Assembly (NCBI GenBank): GCA_903825105.1
Contig: CAIJZI010000006.1
Coordinates: 87,368 to 151,367 of the forward strand
Reading direction: 5' to 3'
Origin: an uncultured bacterium
Lineage (GTDB): Bacteria; Patescibacteriota; Minisyncoccia; Phycocordibacterales; Phycocordibacteraceae
DNA: 64,000 nucleotides
Shown: positions 9,878-18,854 of the stretch, in pieces
Layout: each line of letters begins with the position of its first letter
Numbering within the stretch: position 1 is the first letter of the stretch
Translations under genes and position numbers: made by a program
The notes under the pieces: model-generated
What the model saw: only the letters and a program-made list of their open reading frames with translations
What the model was told of the DNA's origin: nothing
Database searches by the model: none

Positions 9878-10276
9878 TCAAAGTCCCTTGCATGTAGATG
9901 CTTTAGAATAACCGGCTGCTTCTGCGGCTGATGCAGAAACGAAATAGACTTTATTCGCGTCTGAAATTTGATTCGCTCCAGTACACGAAGTGAGATAATA
10001 TTTCGTGCCGTTTTTCGAGGCAACATAATTTCCACTTCCCTCGCCCGTTTTACCCGCCGAAGCCTCCGGCGAAGTCGGGCCGAGCCCTTGCAATGAGCTA
10101 CCATGCCCCGCATCAACCCCCGCCTGCGGTGAGCTTGAACCCGCCAAAAAGCCAAATCCGAAGCTCGCAGAAGAAGCGAGAATAAGAACCGCTACAATAA
10201 GCACATCTCTCGGTATAGAAGCGATACGCGCTTTGCATTTTTCTCGTACTTCTGCTATAGTAAGCGAGCTATTCAT
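9878..10276 (-). CDS. Membrane-anchored protein with Ada-like zinc-binding domain
   Basis: TM helix followed by YVASKNGTKYY..SC...I...N.VYF.S...AEAAGY. Confidence 0.7.
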   Translation of the reverse strand: MNSSLTIAEVREKCKARIASIPRDVLIVAVLILASSASFGFGFLAGSSSPQAGVDAGHGSSLQGLGPTSPEASAGKTGEGSGNYVASKNGTKYYLTSCTGANQISDANKVYFVSASAAEAAGYSKASTCKGL

Positions 10277-10295
10277 TGCATAATATTATAACAGT

Positions 10296-10568
10296 ATGGC
10301 ACATACAAAAGCCGGTGGTTCCGCAAAAAACCTCAACGATTCAAACCCGAAGTATCTCGGGGTTAAGCTCGCGGACGGCGCTTCTGCCCGCCCGGGGATG
10401 ATTATCGTTCGCCAGCGCGGTACGAAGATCGAAGCGGGTAAGAATGTCCGCGTTGGACACGACCACACGCTCTTCTCGATGGTTACCGGCACAGTCGCCT
10501 TCCGCACTCGCCGCAAGACCAACTTCGCCGGCCGCATTATGGCGAAAAAAGTCGTAGATGTTGTTTAA
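10296..10568 (+). CDS. rpmA: 50S ribosomal protein L27
   Basis: [29 protein letters not shown]. Confidence 0.98.
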   Translation: MAHTKAGGSAKNLNDSNPKYLGVKLADGASARPGMIIVRQRGTKIEAGKNVRVGHDHTLFSMVTGTVAFRTRRKTNFAGRIMAKKVVDVV

Positions 10569-10574
10569 GTAAAT

Positions 10575-10609
10575 AAAAAAACCGCGCCCACTAGGGGCGC
10601 GGTTTTTTT
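10575..10609. terminator. Bidirectional intrinsic terminator between rpmA and rplI
   Basis: A-run, CCGCGCCC-loop-GGGCGCGG, T-run. Confidence 0.9.
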
Positions 10610-10614
10610 ATTTC

Positions 10615-11058
10615 TTATTCCGCTTCGATGGTGATAGAGAACTTACCAAATGCGCCGGTGGCAGCGACCGGGATGTCAAAAGTCCCGAGCTCTTTAATAT
10701 GCTTCTCGAGCTTAATCGCGTCTTCAGTGATATCAATGTGCGCTTGCTCCTTCGCCGCTTTTATAATCTCCCTCTCCCCTACCGCGTCATAGAGATGACC
10801 TTTTTCATTTGCCTTCGCGCGGATCACGATGCGCGCTTCAGCCAAGGCGGCGATATTTTGTTCAAGCAGTTTAGCGTCAAGGTGCGTTCGATCGACACGC
10901 TGTTTAACGCGCAGTTCAGCATCCTTCATCGCTGTTGGTGTCGCCGGAATGGCGAGCTTTTTAGGAATTAAGAAGTTAAATGCGTAGCCGTCTGCTGACT
11001 CAATCGTGTCGTGCGCGCGCCCTATCCCCTTCACATCTTTCAATAAAATTACTTTCAT
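10615..11058 (-). CDS. rplI: 50S ribosomal protein L9
   Basis: MKVILLKDVKGIG, DGYAFNFLIPKKLA, IKELG. Confidence 0.97.
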   Translation of the reverse strand: MKVILLKDVKGIGRAHDTIESADGYAFNFLIPKKLAIPATPTAMKDAELRVKQRVDRTHLDAKLLEQNIAALAEARIVIRAKANEKGHLYDAVGEREIIKAAKEQAHIDITEDAIKLEKHIKELGTFDIPVAATGAFGKFSITIEAE

Positions 11059-11099
11059 ATGCTCGTAGCATATCTTATTGCCTACTTATAGTCAAAATT

Positions 11100-11116
11100 C
11101 CAAGGTTGAACCTTGG
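11100..11116. repeat. Perfect short palindrome (REP-like)
   Basis: CCAAGGTT-G-AACCTTGG, intergenic between ctpA and rplI. Confidence 0.6.
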
Positions 11117-11169
11117 GAAAAAAGCCCAGCATCGCTCTGAAGCAATGCTTTATTTATAAAATACAAGTC

Positions 11170-12465
11170 CTACTTCCCCGTTGTTAAGAATTGCACTGCG
11201 CGGGAATATTGAGGGTCGCCAGAAGTGTCGGGAACAAATTTAGGCGTCGAAGTCGCGATGGTTGAAGTAATGTCGGGCGTAACGCCATTGCCCATAATCC
11301 AATGCCCTGCTGGAGTTATCCAACGCGCGACGGTCACCTTAAGCGATCCGCCATCGAGATCCATAAGTGTTTGAACCGAGCCCTTACCAAATGATTTAGT
11401 GCCGACAAGCGTCGCGACTTTATTATCTTGAAGTGCTCCAGCGAGAATCTCTGATGCTGAAGCAGAGCCAGCATCAACAAGCACAACGACTTTTGCCCCA
11501 GATGGAACATCGTTATAGCCCGCGCTGATGTGCGTATTATTTGTATCCTTACCGCCAAAGTCTTCGGTGACTACCGTTGTCCCCTCCCTTAAGAAGTGGC
11601 TCGCGATGTCGACCGCTGATTCAAGATAGCCACCCGGGTTACCGCGTAGGTCGATCACCAATTTTTTAGAACCCGACGCTTTGAATCGATCAAATGCTTT
11701 ATCAAAAAGGCCAGCCGAGTTTGAAGTGAATTCGTAGAGGGCGATGTGATATACACCACTTTTCGCATCGAGACCATCTTCAGTTTCTGGGACTTGAATC
11801 GTTTGACGCACGATCTTTATATCAAGCGATTTTCCTCCGCGGATAATCGTTAAATCGACGGTCGTACCAACTGGCCCGCGTATTTTACTCACTGCTTCAT
11901 CAACCGCGAGGCCTTCAGTCATCTTCCCGTCTATAGCGACAACTTGGTCACCCGCTTTTATTCCCGCCTTTTCTGCTGGCGTTCCCTTCAGTGGGGCTAC
12001 AACAGTGAGCACATTATTTTTTATATCAATTTCCATCCCAACACCGGCGAAGCTACCTGAAATAGTGTCAGAAAATTGTTTTGCCTCTTTTGGAGGGAAG
12101 AATACGGTATACGGGTCGCCATACGAATTCGCGAGACCAGAAATCGCTCCATAAATGCGCTCTTTGATCGAGGGCATTGTTGATGATGCGTGGGTGATCA
12201 CATAATTCGCCTCGAGCGCATTCCACGCTTTCCAAAAATCAGCGAGATCAACGCTCTGGTCTGGCGTTGAATCAAGCCCGTCGCCAATAAGGGGGATGTG
12301 CGAGATAACAGACGATGAACCGTTATGCCCAAAAGAAAATCCGATGCCGAAGGCGATCGCCGCGACGAGAGCGAACTCAACACCGCGCATTACCACGCTG
12401 TTTGGATTTATTTTTATTGTTGGCAACTTCCACGGCAATTTCATTTCAAAAAGTATACCACGCAC
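11170..12465 (-). CDS. ctpA: Carboxy-terminal processing protease (S41, PDZ)
   Basis: GDPYTVF, PDZ domain, IDLRGNPGG, SASASEILAGALQD, SFGKGSVQ. Confidence 0.93.
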   Translation of the reverse strand: MRGILFEMKLPWKLPTIKINPNSVVMRGVEFALVAAIAFGIGFSFGHNGSSSVISHIPLIGDGLDSTPDQSVDLADFWKAWNALEANYVITHASSTMPSIKERIYGAISGLANSYGDPYTVFFPPKEAKQFSDTISGSFAGVGMEIDIKNNVLTVVAPLKGTPAEKAGIKAGDQVVAIDGKMTEGLAVDEAVSKIRGPVGTTVDLTIIRGGKSLDIKIVRQTIQVPETEDGLDAKSGVYHIALYEFTSNSAGLFDKAFDRFKASGSKKLVIDLRGNPGGYLESAVDIASHFLREGTTVVTEDFGGKDTNNTHISAGYNDVPSGAKVVVLVDAGSASASEILAGALQDNKVATLVGTKSFGKGSVQTLMDLDGGSLKVTVARWITPAGHWIMGNGVTPDITSTIATSTPKFVPDTSGDPQYSRAVQFLTTGK

Positions 12466-12502
12466 ATTTATTTACACCCTGTGTATATGATATTCTATAC
12501 AT

Positions 12503-13309
12503 ATGTTATTCCGCTACGAGTATCAAAACGGCGTGTGGATTGATCTCGAGAATCCAACAGAAGACGAGCTCCGCGAAGTTGCCAGTGAATTCCCCGTCAG
12601 CAAAAGGATTGAGAATGAACTCCTCTCCCCTACTCAAACACCGCTTGTTATCGCCGACACCGATGCAGCCCTTCTCGTCCTTCATACACCGACACAAGGG
12701 ATAAAAGATGGCGAAACAAAAAGTCAGGAACTCGATTTCGTGGTGAACAATCGCTATATAATTACGACGCATTATGAAGTAGTAGAACCGCTCCACCGGT
12801 TAAAGAAGCTCCTCGAGACGCGCGGGGCTGTCGTCACGGAAGAATTCATCACGACGGATATTTTGCTCGAGATTATTTTTATGCATCTATACGCGTCAGT
12901 ACGCGATCATGTGAACCACATAGTGAGTCGCTTAACGATTGTTGAACAAGAAATGTTTGATGGGAATGGGAAGAAAACCATTCGATCAATCTCAAATATT
13001 AATCGCGAATTTCTCCATTTGAAGTCTGCGCTCGCGAACCAAGAAGACCCGCTTCGCCATTTCTCTGAAATGCTTATGCGACCCGCTGTACTCGGAACAG
13101 AATTTAATGAGCGTTCTGAACATTTGTTTACCGAAAGAAGGCAGTTGATGCGCTTTATCGAGACGCACCACGCGATCGCGCTCGAGCTCCGCGAAGCGAA
13201 TGTTGCGCTCCTCGAGTCACGCCAAAATCAGATTATGACGCTTCTGACAATTGTCACCTTCGGTGTAGAACTTATCGCGCTGGCGCTCGGTATATCTCGA
13301 TTCTTTTAA
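12503..13309 (+). CDS. CorA-family divalent cation transporter-like protein, lacking GMN and the second TM
   Basis: WIDLENPT, ELDFVV, IITTHY, QNQIMTLLTIVT; the ORF ends after one hydrophobic helix. Confidence 0.75.
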   Translation: MLFRYEYQNGVWIDLENPTEDELREVASEFPVSKRIENELLSPTQTPLVIADTDAALLVLHTPTQGIKDGETKSQELDFVVNNRYIITTHYEVVEPLHRLKKLLETRGAVVTEEFITTDILLEIIFMHLYASVRDHVNHIVSRLTIVEQEMFDGNGKKTIRSISNINREFLHLKSALANQEDPLRHFSEMLMRPAVLGTEFNERSEHLFTERRQLMRFIETHHAIALELREANVALLESRQNQIMTLLTIVTFGVELIALALGISRFF

Positions 13310-13312
13310 TAT

Positions 13313-14773
13313 ATGTCCTGGATCACGCATTTATTTTCTAAACGGGGAAAGGCGGGGCAACCGTCTATTCCTCAATTATTTTTCACCAATACTCTCTCTG
13401 GAGAAAGAGAGCTTTTTATATCTCAAAAGCCGCGTGAGGTGCTGATGTATACCTGCGGGCCAACGATGTACGGAACAGCGCACATCGGCAATCTGCGTGC
13501 TTATATAGTATCGAATACCGTCGCGCGCGCACTTATTTCAGCTGGGTACAGAGTGCGCCAAGTTGTTAATATTACCGATTTCGGACATTTACTATCTGAA
13601 GGTGACACAGGCGAAGATAAGATGACCAAAGGACTCAAGCGAGAAGGACTCGCGCTCTCCCTCGAGAATATGCGCGCACTCGCAGAAAAATATACCGCTA
13701 TCTTTTTACAAGATTTAGAAGAAGTGGGTATCGACATCGATAAAATCACTTTTCCGCGCGCGAGTGACTATGTGCCAGAACAGATTGCCTTTATTAAAAC
13801 ACTTGAACAAAAAGGCTATGCTTATAGAACTAAAAGTGGGGTCTACTTCGACACCTCACGCCCGATACATTATGGCAAGCTCGGAGGAATAAACAAAAAC
13901 GATCAACAAGAGAGTCCTCGCTTAAAATCGCGTGAAGAAAAAAGAAATCCCTCTGATTTCGTATTGTGGAAGCCCGACAACCATCTCGGTTGGCAAAGCC
14001 CTTGGGGGCTCGGCTTCCCCGGCTGGCATATAGAGTGTTCAGCGATGTCGCGCGCACTTCTCGGGCAAGAAATCGATATTCATATGGGCGGACAGGACTT
14101 GATACCAATACACCACAACAATGAAATCGCGCAGTCCGAAGCCGCGAGCGGCAGAACCTTTGTACATTATTGGATGCACAATGCTTTCCTTACGATGGGC
14201 GGGGAGAAAGCGTCTAAGTCGCTCGGTAATGTCGTCTATATGTCAGATGTTATAGAAAAAGGTTTTCATCCACTCGCGCTCCGCTACTTCTTTCTGCAAG
14301 CGCATTATCGCACTCCCCTTTCCTTCTCTTTTGATGCACTCGCGAGCGCAGCGAGCGCACTCGACCGCCTCTGGAAAACTTCTAAAGAGATAAAAGAAGA
14401 ATCAGGCGGTAAAGGTGAGATGTCAGAAGCGACGACGCGATTTCTCGCGACGATCCGCGACGATCTCGCGACGCCACAAGCGATCGGCATTCTTTGGGAT
14501 TCTTTAAAGAGCGAAGAATACACACCGGAACAGAAATGGCGCCTTATCGAAGAAGCAGATGCCCACCTCGGGCTCTCCCTTATTTCTCCTCCTACAAATG
14601 AACTTACCGAGACTGACATACCTGAAGAAGTCAAAAAGATGCTCGACGCGCGTGAAATAGCCCGCAAATCAAAGGATTTTAAGGAGGCAGACCGTATTCG
14701 AGATGAAATCGCGAGCTGTGGATATCGTGTGGAAGACGGCCTCGACGGGCCTATGTTGACCAGACGCTTATAG
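13313..14773 (+). CDS. cysS: Cysteine--tRNA ligase
   Basis: [45 protein letters not shown]. Confidence 0.97.
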   Translation: MSWITHLFSKRGKAGQPSIPQLFFTNTLSGERELFISQKPREVLMYTCGPTMYGTAHIGNLRAYIVSNTVARALISAGYRVRQVVNITDFGHLLSEGDTGEDKMTKGLKREGLALSLENMRALAEKYTAIFLQDLEEVGIDIDKITFPRASDYVPEQIAFIKTLEQKGYAYRTKSGVYFDTSRPIHYGKLGGINKNDQQESPRLKSREEKRNPSDFVLWKPDNHLGWQSPWGLGFPGWHIECSAMSRALLGQEIDIHMGGQDLIPIHHNNEIAQSEAASGRTFVHYWMHNAFLTMGGEKASKSLGNVVYMSDVIEKGFHPLALRYFFLQAHYRTPLSFSFDALASAASALDRLWKTSKEIKEESGGKGEMSEATTRFLATIRDDLATPQAIGILWDSLKSEEYTPEQKWRLIEEADAHLGLSLISPPTNELTETDIPEEVKKMLDAREIARKSKDFKEADRIRDEIASCGYRVEDGLDGPMLTRRL

Positions 14774-14790
14774 TGGTAAAATTGCCAGCA

Positions 14791-16146
14791 ATGGCTACCG
14801 ATCGCGTTCCTCCACAATCACTCGAATCAGAACGCGCCCTGCTCGGTGCACTTCTCTTAAAGCCTGATTCAATTCACGATGTGCTCGATGTGATTCGTCC
14901 GAATTCTTTTTATGCAGAGAAGCATCGCCTCATCTTCGGCGAGATGAGCGAGCTCGCGAGTCGGGGAGAACCAATCGACCTCCTTTCTCTTTCAGAACGA
15001 ATGCAGGATCAAGGGCTTATCGAGAGAAGTGGCGGGAGGAGTTATCTCGCTGAACTGATCAACTCGGCGCCTGCACCAGGAAACTTCTCTCACTATGCCG
15101 ATCTCGTCGCACGAAAGTTTATTATGCGATCGCTTATCGACACCGCATATGAAATCAGCGAATCAGCCTACGACGAATCACGCGACCCGATGGAGGTGCT
15201 CGATCAAGCAGAAAAGAATATTTATTCTATCGGCGACTCTTCGGTCTCACATAAGTTTATCGACATCGCCGACAAGGTGCACGAAGCGTGGGATCGTATC
15301 GAAGCATTGTCAAAAAAAGAAGGTGGGATCCGAGGCGTTCCTTCGGGCTTCCCTTCTCTCGACAACCTGCTCTCCGGCTTTCATCCTTCAGATTTAATTA
15401 TTCTCGCGGCGCGCCCTTCGATGGGTAAAACATCGCTCGCGCTCGATATCGCGCGCAATGCCGCAATAAGACACAACACGCCAGTCGGTATCTTCTCTCT
15501 CGAAATGAGCTCTGAACAACTTATTGATCGTATGCTCGCAGCTGAATCATTCGTCAATTCTTGGAAACTGCGCACGGGTCAGGTAAAAGAAAAAGAAGAT
15601 TTCGAACGCATCCGCGATGCGCTCGAGACGCTCTCGAAAGCGCCGATTTATATTGACGACAAGCCGGGCAACAACATCCTCGCGATGCGCGCCGTCGCGC
15701 GCCGTCTCAAACGAGAAAAGAATATCGGCCTTATCGTCGTCGACTACCTCCAGCTTATGTCACCGACAGCGACAAAGGCATCCGACTCGATGGTTCAACA
15801 AGTGACAGAGTTGTCTCGTTCACTCAAAGGACTCGCTCGAGAACTTAAGGTACCGGTCATCGCACTCTCGCAGCTCAATCGTTCAGTTGAACAGCGTGGC
15901 GGCAAACCGCGACTCTCCGACCTGCGCGACTCGGGCTCGATCGAACAGGACGCTGACGTCGTGATGTTTATTCACCGCGAAGATAAACAAAACAAAGAAA
16001 GCGATCGTCCGAATATCGCTGAAATTTTGATTGAAAAACACCGCAATGGTCCGGTTGGTATGGCAGAATTGTACTTCGACGAGAAGCGCACCACCTTCCG
16101 CCCCGTTGATAATGCCGGCTACGGCGAATTAGCCGAAGAATTTTAA
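14791..16146 (+). CDS. dnaB: Replicative DNA helicase
   Basis: PPQS.ESE, AARPSMGKT, VDYLQL, LSQLNR, SDLRDSGSIEQDAD, KHRNGP. Confidence 0.98.
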   Translation: MATDRVPPQSLESERALLGALLLKPDSIHDVLDVIRPNSFYAEKHRLIFGEMSELASRGEPIDLLSLSERMQDQGLIERSGGRSYLAELINSAPAPGNFSHYADLVARKFIMRSLIDTAYEISESAYDESRDPMEVLDQAEKNIYSIGDSSVSHKFIDIADKVHEAWDRIEALSKKEGGIRGVPSGFPSLDNLLSGFHPSDLIILAARPSMGKTSLALDIARNAAIRHNTPVGIFSLEMSSEQLIDRMLAAESFVNSWKLRTGQVKEKEDFERIRDALETLSKAPIYIDDKPGNNILAMRAVARRLKREKNIGLIVVDYLQLMSPTATKASDSMVQQVTELSRSLKGLARELKVPVIALSQLNRSVEQRGGKPRLSDLRDSGSIEQDADVVMFIHREDKQNKESDRPNIAEILIEKHRNGPVGMAELYFDEKRTTFRPVDNAGYGELAEEF

Positions 16147-16147
16147 T

Positions 16148-16771
16148 ATGGATCACATCGACGAGCTCGCAAGCGCCTTTTCACGCTTCCCCGGCATAGG
16201 GCCGCGACAAGGGAAACGATTTGTTTATTATCTTCTTTCTGTGTTGCCTTCTGAGAGAACAAAACTTTCTGAACTTATCCTCTCGCTCGGGAAAAATGTG
16301 AAGCAGTGTCCAGAATGTATGCGCTTCCATAATGGCAATTCGCACGCGATTTGTAATTATTGTTCAGACACAAAGATGCGCGATGATTCGCAACTTTTGA
16401 TTGTTGAAAAAGATCAGGACTTGGCGGCGATCGAACGCGCCGGCTCTTATAAAGGTCGCTACTTCGTTCTTGGTGGAGTGCTCACCCTTTCGGGTAAAGG
16501 CGTGATTCGAGAAAAAGAATTGTTACGCACTATCGAAAAACGCCTTTCTGATCAACACGAAGTGTCGATCAAATTACAGGAAGTTGTCCTCGCCCTTTCG
16601 GCGACGAGCGAGGGCGAACACACCGTCGATCACATCCGCGGACTACTCGCTCCGTGGCGCGATAAAATAAAAATTTCTGAGCTCGGTCGCGGCCTCGCCA
16701 CCGGTAGCGAGCTCGAATACTCTGATGCTGAAACCCTCCGCGCAGCGTTAAGCAATCGTAAGGAAATGTAA
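16148..16771 (+). CDS. recR: Recombination mediator RecR
   Basis: FPGIGPR HhH, CxxC..CxxC zinc finger, YFVLGG Toprim, ELEYSD. Confidence 0.95.
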   Translation: MDHIDELASAFSRFPGIGPRQGKRFVYYLLSVLPSERTKLSELILSLGKNVKQCPECMRFHNGNSHAICNYCSDTKMRDDSQLLIVEKDQDLAAIERAGSYKGRYFVLGGVLTLSGKGVIREKELLRTIEKRLSDQHEVSIKLQEVVLALSATSEGEHTVDHIRGLLAPWRDKIKISELGRGLATGSELEYSDAETLRAALSNRKEM

Positions 16772-16793
16772 TATTAGGACATCCGATGTCCTA
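16771..16793. repeat. Palindrome family A, copy 1
   Basis: ATATTAGGACATCCGATGTCCTA, identical at 18824-18846. Confidence 0.92.
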
Positions 16794-16797
16794 ACTT

Positions 16798-17310
16798 TTA
16801 CGGATGCTGGTACAAGATGCGGAGTTTTTCGAGACCACGATAGGCTTGAACGGCGATTGCATTTTTTGACTGCCCCGTGACCATCGACATTTCTCGAAGC
16901 GATAACCCTTCGACATATTTCATTCGCATCACATTTCGATATTTTTCTGGCAGGCGATGAATAAGTATCAACGATCTCTTCCCATCCAAAAGGTTCACAA
17001 AATTTTTCGCAGAACTGTCGCTCGGCTCGTACCCTTTTTCTAAAAGAATATCGAGCGATGATGTCTTGCGTTTTCGATATTGATCAACGATAAGATTATT
17101 CAAAATTCTATATAAAAAAGCTCTCATCAATTCTATCTTCCCTTTTTTTACTAAATACACCCAGGTCTTCATAAAGGTGTCCTGCACCATATCTTCGCCG
17201 ATTTCATGATCGTTCAATTTGAAGAATGCGTAGGAATTAAGCCCTTTGTTGTAGTCTCGGTAGGCGTCGGTCAAGACTGTTTCTTTGTTTGGAGTTTTTA
17301 GAGGCATCAT
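16798..17310 (-). CDS. ECF sigma-70 factor
   Basis: Region 2 (EDMVQDTFMKTW..RAFLYRILNNLIVDQYRK) and region 4 (LPEKYR..EGLSLREMS..RGLEKLR). Confidence 0.92.
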   Translation of the reverse strand: MMPLKTPNKETVLTDAYRDYNKGLNSYAFFKLNDHEIGEDMVQDTFMKTWVYLVKKGKIELMRAFLYRILNNLIVDQYRKRKTSSLDILLEKGYEPSDSSAKNFVNLLDGKRSLILIHRLPEKYRNVMRMKYVEGLSLREMSMVTGQSKNAIAVQAYRGLEKLRILYQHP

Positions 17311-17316
17311 ACATTA

Positions 17317-17342
17317 AGACGCGCCAGATCGAACATTATTAC
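17317..17342 (-). promoter_or_regulatory. Putative ECF promoter of the sigma gene (autoregulatory)
   Basis: Minus strand GTAAT-N16-CGTCT ending 6 nt before the ATG. Confidence 0.6.
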
Positions 17343-17407
17343 AAGCCAATTACAGAGCCGCAGGCCAAGAGAAATGAAACGGTTTACTCATTATACCTTG
17401 TATTGCC

Positions 17408-17433
17408 GTAATAATACAGTCGCAGAGCCGTCT
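17408..17433 (+). promoter_or_regulatory. Putative ECF promoter of the PAS gene
   Basis: GTAAT-N16-CGTCT, same motif and spacing as the divergent sigma promoter. Confidence 0.6.
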
Positions 17434-17441
17434 CAAGAGGT

Positions 17442-17978
17442 ATGAAAACAACACTTACAGGCGACGCGCTTTTAGAACATGTGTGGGAAGAAAGTTGGAC
17501 CTATATCAAGACGGTGGTCGATATCGTGCGTGAACCAATCCTCATCCTCGATAAAAATCTGTGTGTGATGGCGGCGAACGATTCTTTTTATCGTACCTTC
17601 CAAGTTGAGAAGAAAGATACGGAGAAAAAAATTATTTATGAGCTCGGGAATGGCCAGTGGAATATCCCTGCATTAAGAAAACTGCTCGAAGATATCTTGC
17701 CAAAAAACACTTTCTTTAAGGGCTTCGAGGTGTCGCACGAATTCCCTTCGGTCGGACACAAAGTGATGATCTTGAATGCGAGACAAATTCATTTTAAAGA
17801 AGATATTTTCCCGCAGACCATATTTCTCGCAATGGAGGATGTGACCGATATGATGGCAGTCGCTGAAACGCTCGCGAGCCACGCTAAACAATTTGAAGCT
17901 CGACTCACGGATCAGACACAAAGACTCGAAACGCAGATTCTCGCCTTACAAAAAGAAATGTCTGTCCTAAAAAAGTAA
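17442..17978 (+). CDS. Stand-alone PAS-domain protein with C-terminal coiled coil
   Basis: VREPILILDKNL.V..AN.SFYRTF..ELGNGQWNIP.LR.LLE, resembling the PAS of CheBR-type proteins. Confidence 0.85.
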   Translation: MKTTLTGDALLEHVWEESWTYIKTVVDIVREPILILDKNLCVMAANDSFYRTFQVEKKDTEKKIIYELGNGQWNIPALRKLLEDILPKNTFFKGFEVSHEFPSVGHKVMILNARQIHFKEDIFPQTIFLAMEDVTDMMAVAETLASHAKQFEARLTDQTQRLETQILALQKEMSVLKK

Positions 17979-18076
17979 TTTTGTAATGCCTGTAATATCT
18001 TCTCCGTCACTACGGCATCAGCTATAGAGGTCGAATATCCTACAAAGAAATCACATTACAAACAAATTTATAAACT

Positions 18077-18772
18077 ATGACTACAAAAACAATTCTCAGT
18101 AAGAATCTCGCCCTTCTTGGCGTCGGATTCGCCGTTATTATCTTCGTATCTTTTGGCTTTGGATCGCTCTCGGCACACGCCGCGACGATAAGCCAGCAGC
18201 TCGAATTGGGTTCTCAAGGACAAGATGTCTCAACGCTCCAGGGTTATCTCTCAACAAATAGCGAATGGTATCCATCCGCTCTTGTTACAGGATACTTCGG
18301 TAGCTTAACGCAGGGCGGTGTGCAGAAATTCCAAACCGCACAAGGTATCGTCTCGAGTGGCTCTCCAGCGACAACAGGCTACGGCCGCGTTGGCCCCTCA
18401 ACACTCGCAAAATTGAATTCGCTCATGAATTATGGTGGCCAGTCTAATCTCTACACCGCTCCCATATTGAGCCCGCTTGTGATCCAAACAACACAGACAA
18501 CAGTGACACTCTCATGGTCAACCAATGAACCAACCACTGGTCAAGTATATTGGAGCACGAACCCTATCCAGTCAGACGAGGCGACAGGGCCAAACCAGAT
18601 GCCGTATGTGAGCGGAACGCTCGCGCTCGACGCTGGCGGTCTCCAGACAAATCATATGATCACTGTCTCAAATCTACAGTCAGGTACCGTCTATCATGTC
18701 TTCACCCGTAGCACCGATGCTTCAGGTGATATGACACTCACTCTCGACGACACATTCCGAACCAACTACTAA
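18077..18772 (+). CDS. Secreted peptidoglycan-binding protein with FN3-like domain
   Basis: Signal peptide; LGSQGQDVSTLQ..L, TGYFGSLT..V.KFQ, GRVGPST; TLSWSTNEP..NL.SGTVY. Confidence 0.85.
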   Translation: MTTKTILSKNLALLGVGFAVIIFVSFGFGSLSAHAATISQQLELGSQGQDVSTLQGYLSTNSEWYPSALVTGYFGSLTQGGVQKFQTAQGIVSSGSPATTGYGRVGPSTLAKLNSLMNYGGQSNLYTAPILSPLVIQTTQTTVTLSWSTNEPTTGQVYWSTNPIQSDEATGPNQMPYVSGTLALDAGGLQTNHMITVSNLQSGTVYHVFTRSTDASGDMTLTLDDTFRTNY

Positions 18773-18786
18773 AGTAGTATTCCCGC

Positions 18787-18823
18787 AAAAAGAAAAGCCC
18801 TCACTAGGAGGGCTTTTCTTTTT
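18787..18823. terminator. Bidirectional intrinsic terminator
   Basis: AAAAAGAAAAGCCCTC-loop-GAGGGCTTTTCTTTTT. Confidence 0.9.
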
Positions 18824-18846
18824 ATATTAGGACATCCGATGTCCTA
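18824..18846. repeat. Palindrome family A, copy 2
   Basis: Exact 23-bp match to 16771-16793. Confidence 0.92.
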
Positions 18847-18854
18847 GTTTATTT

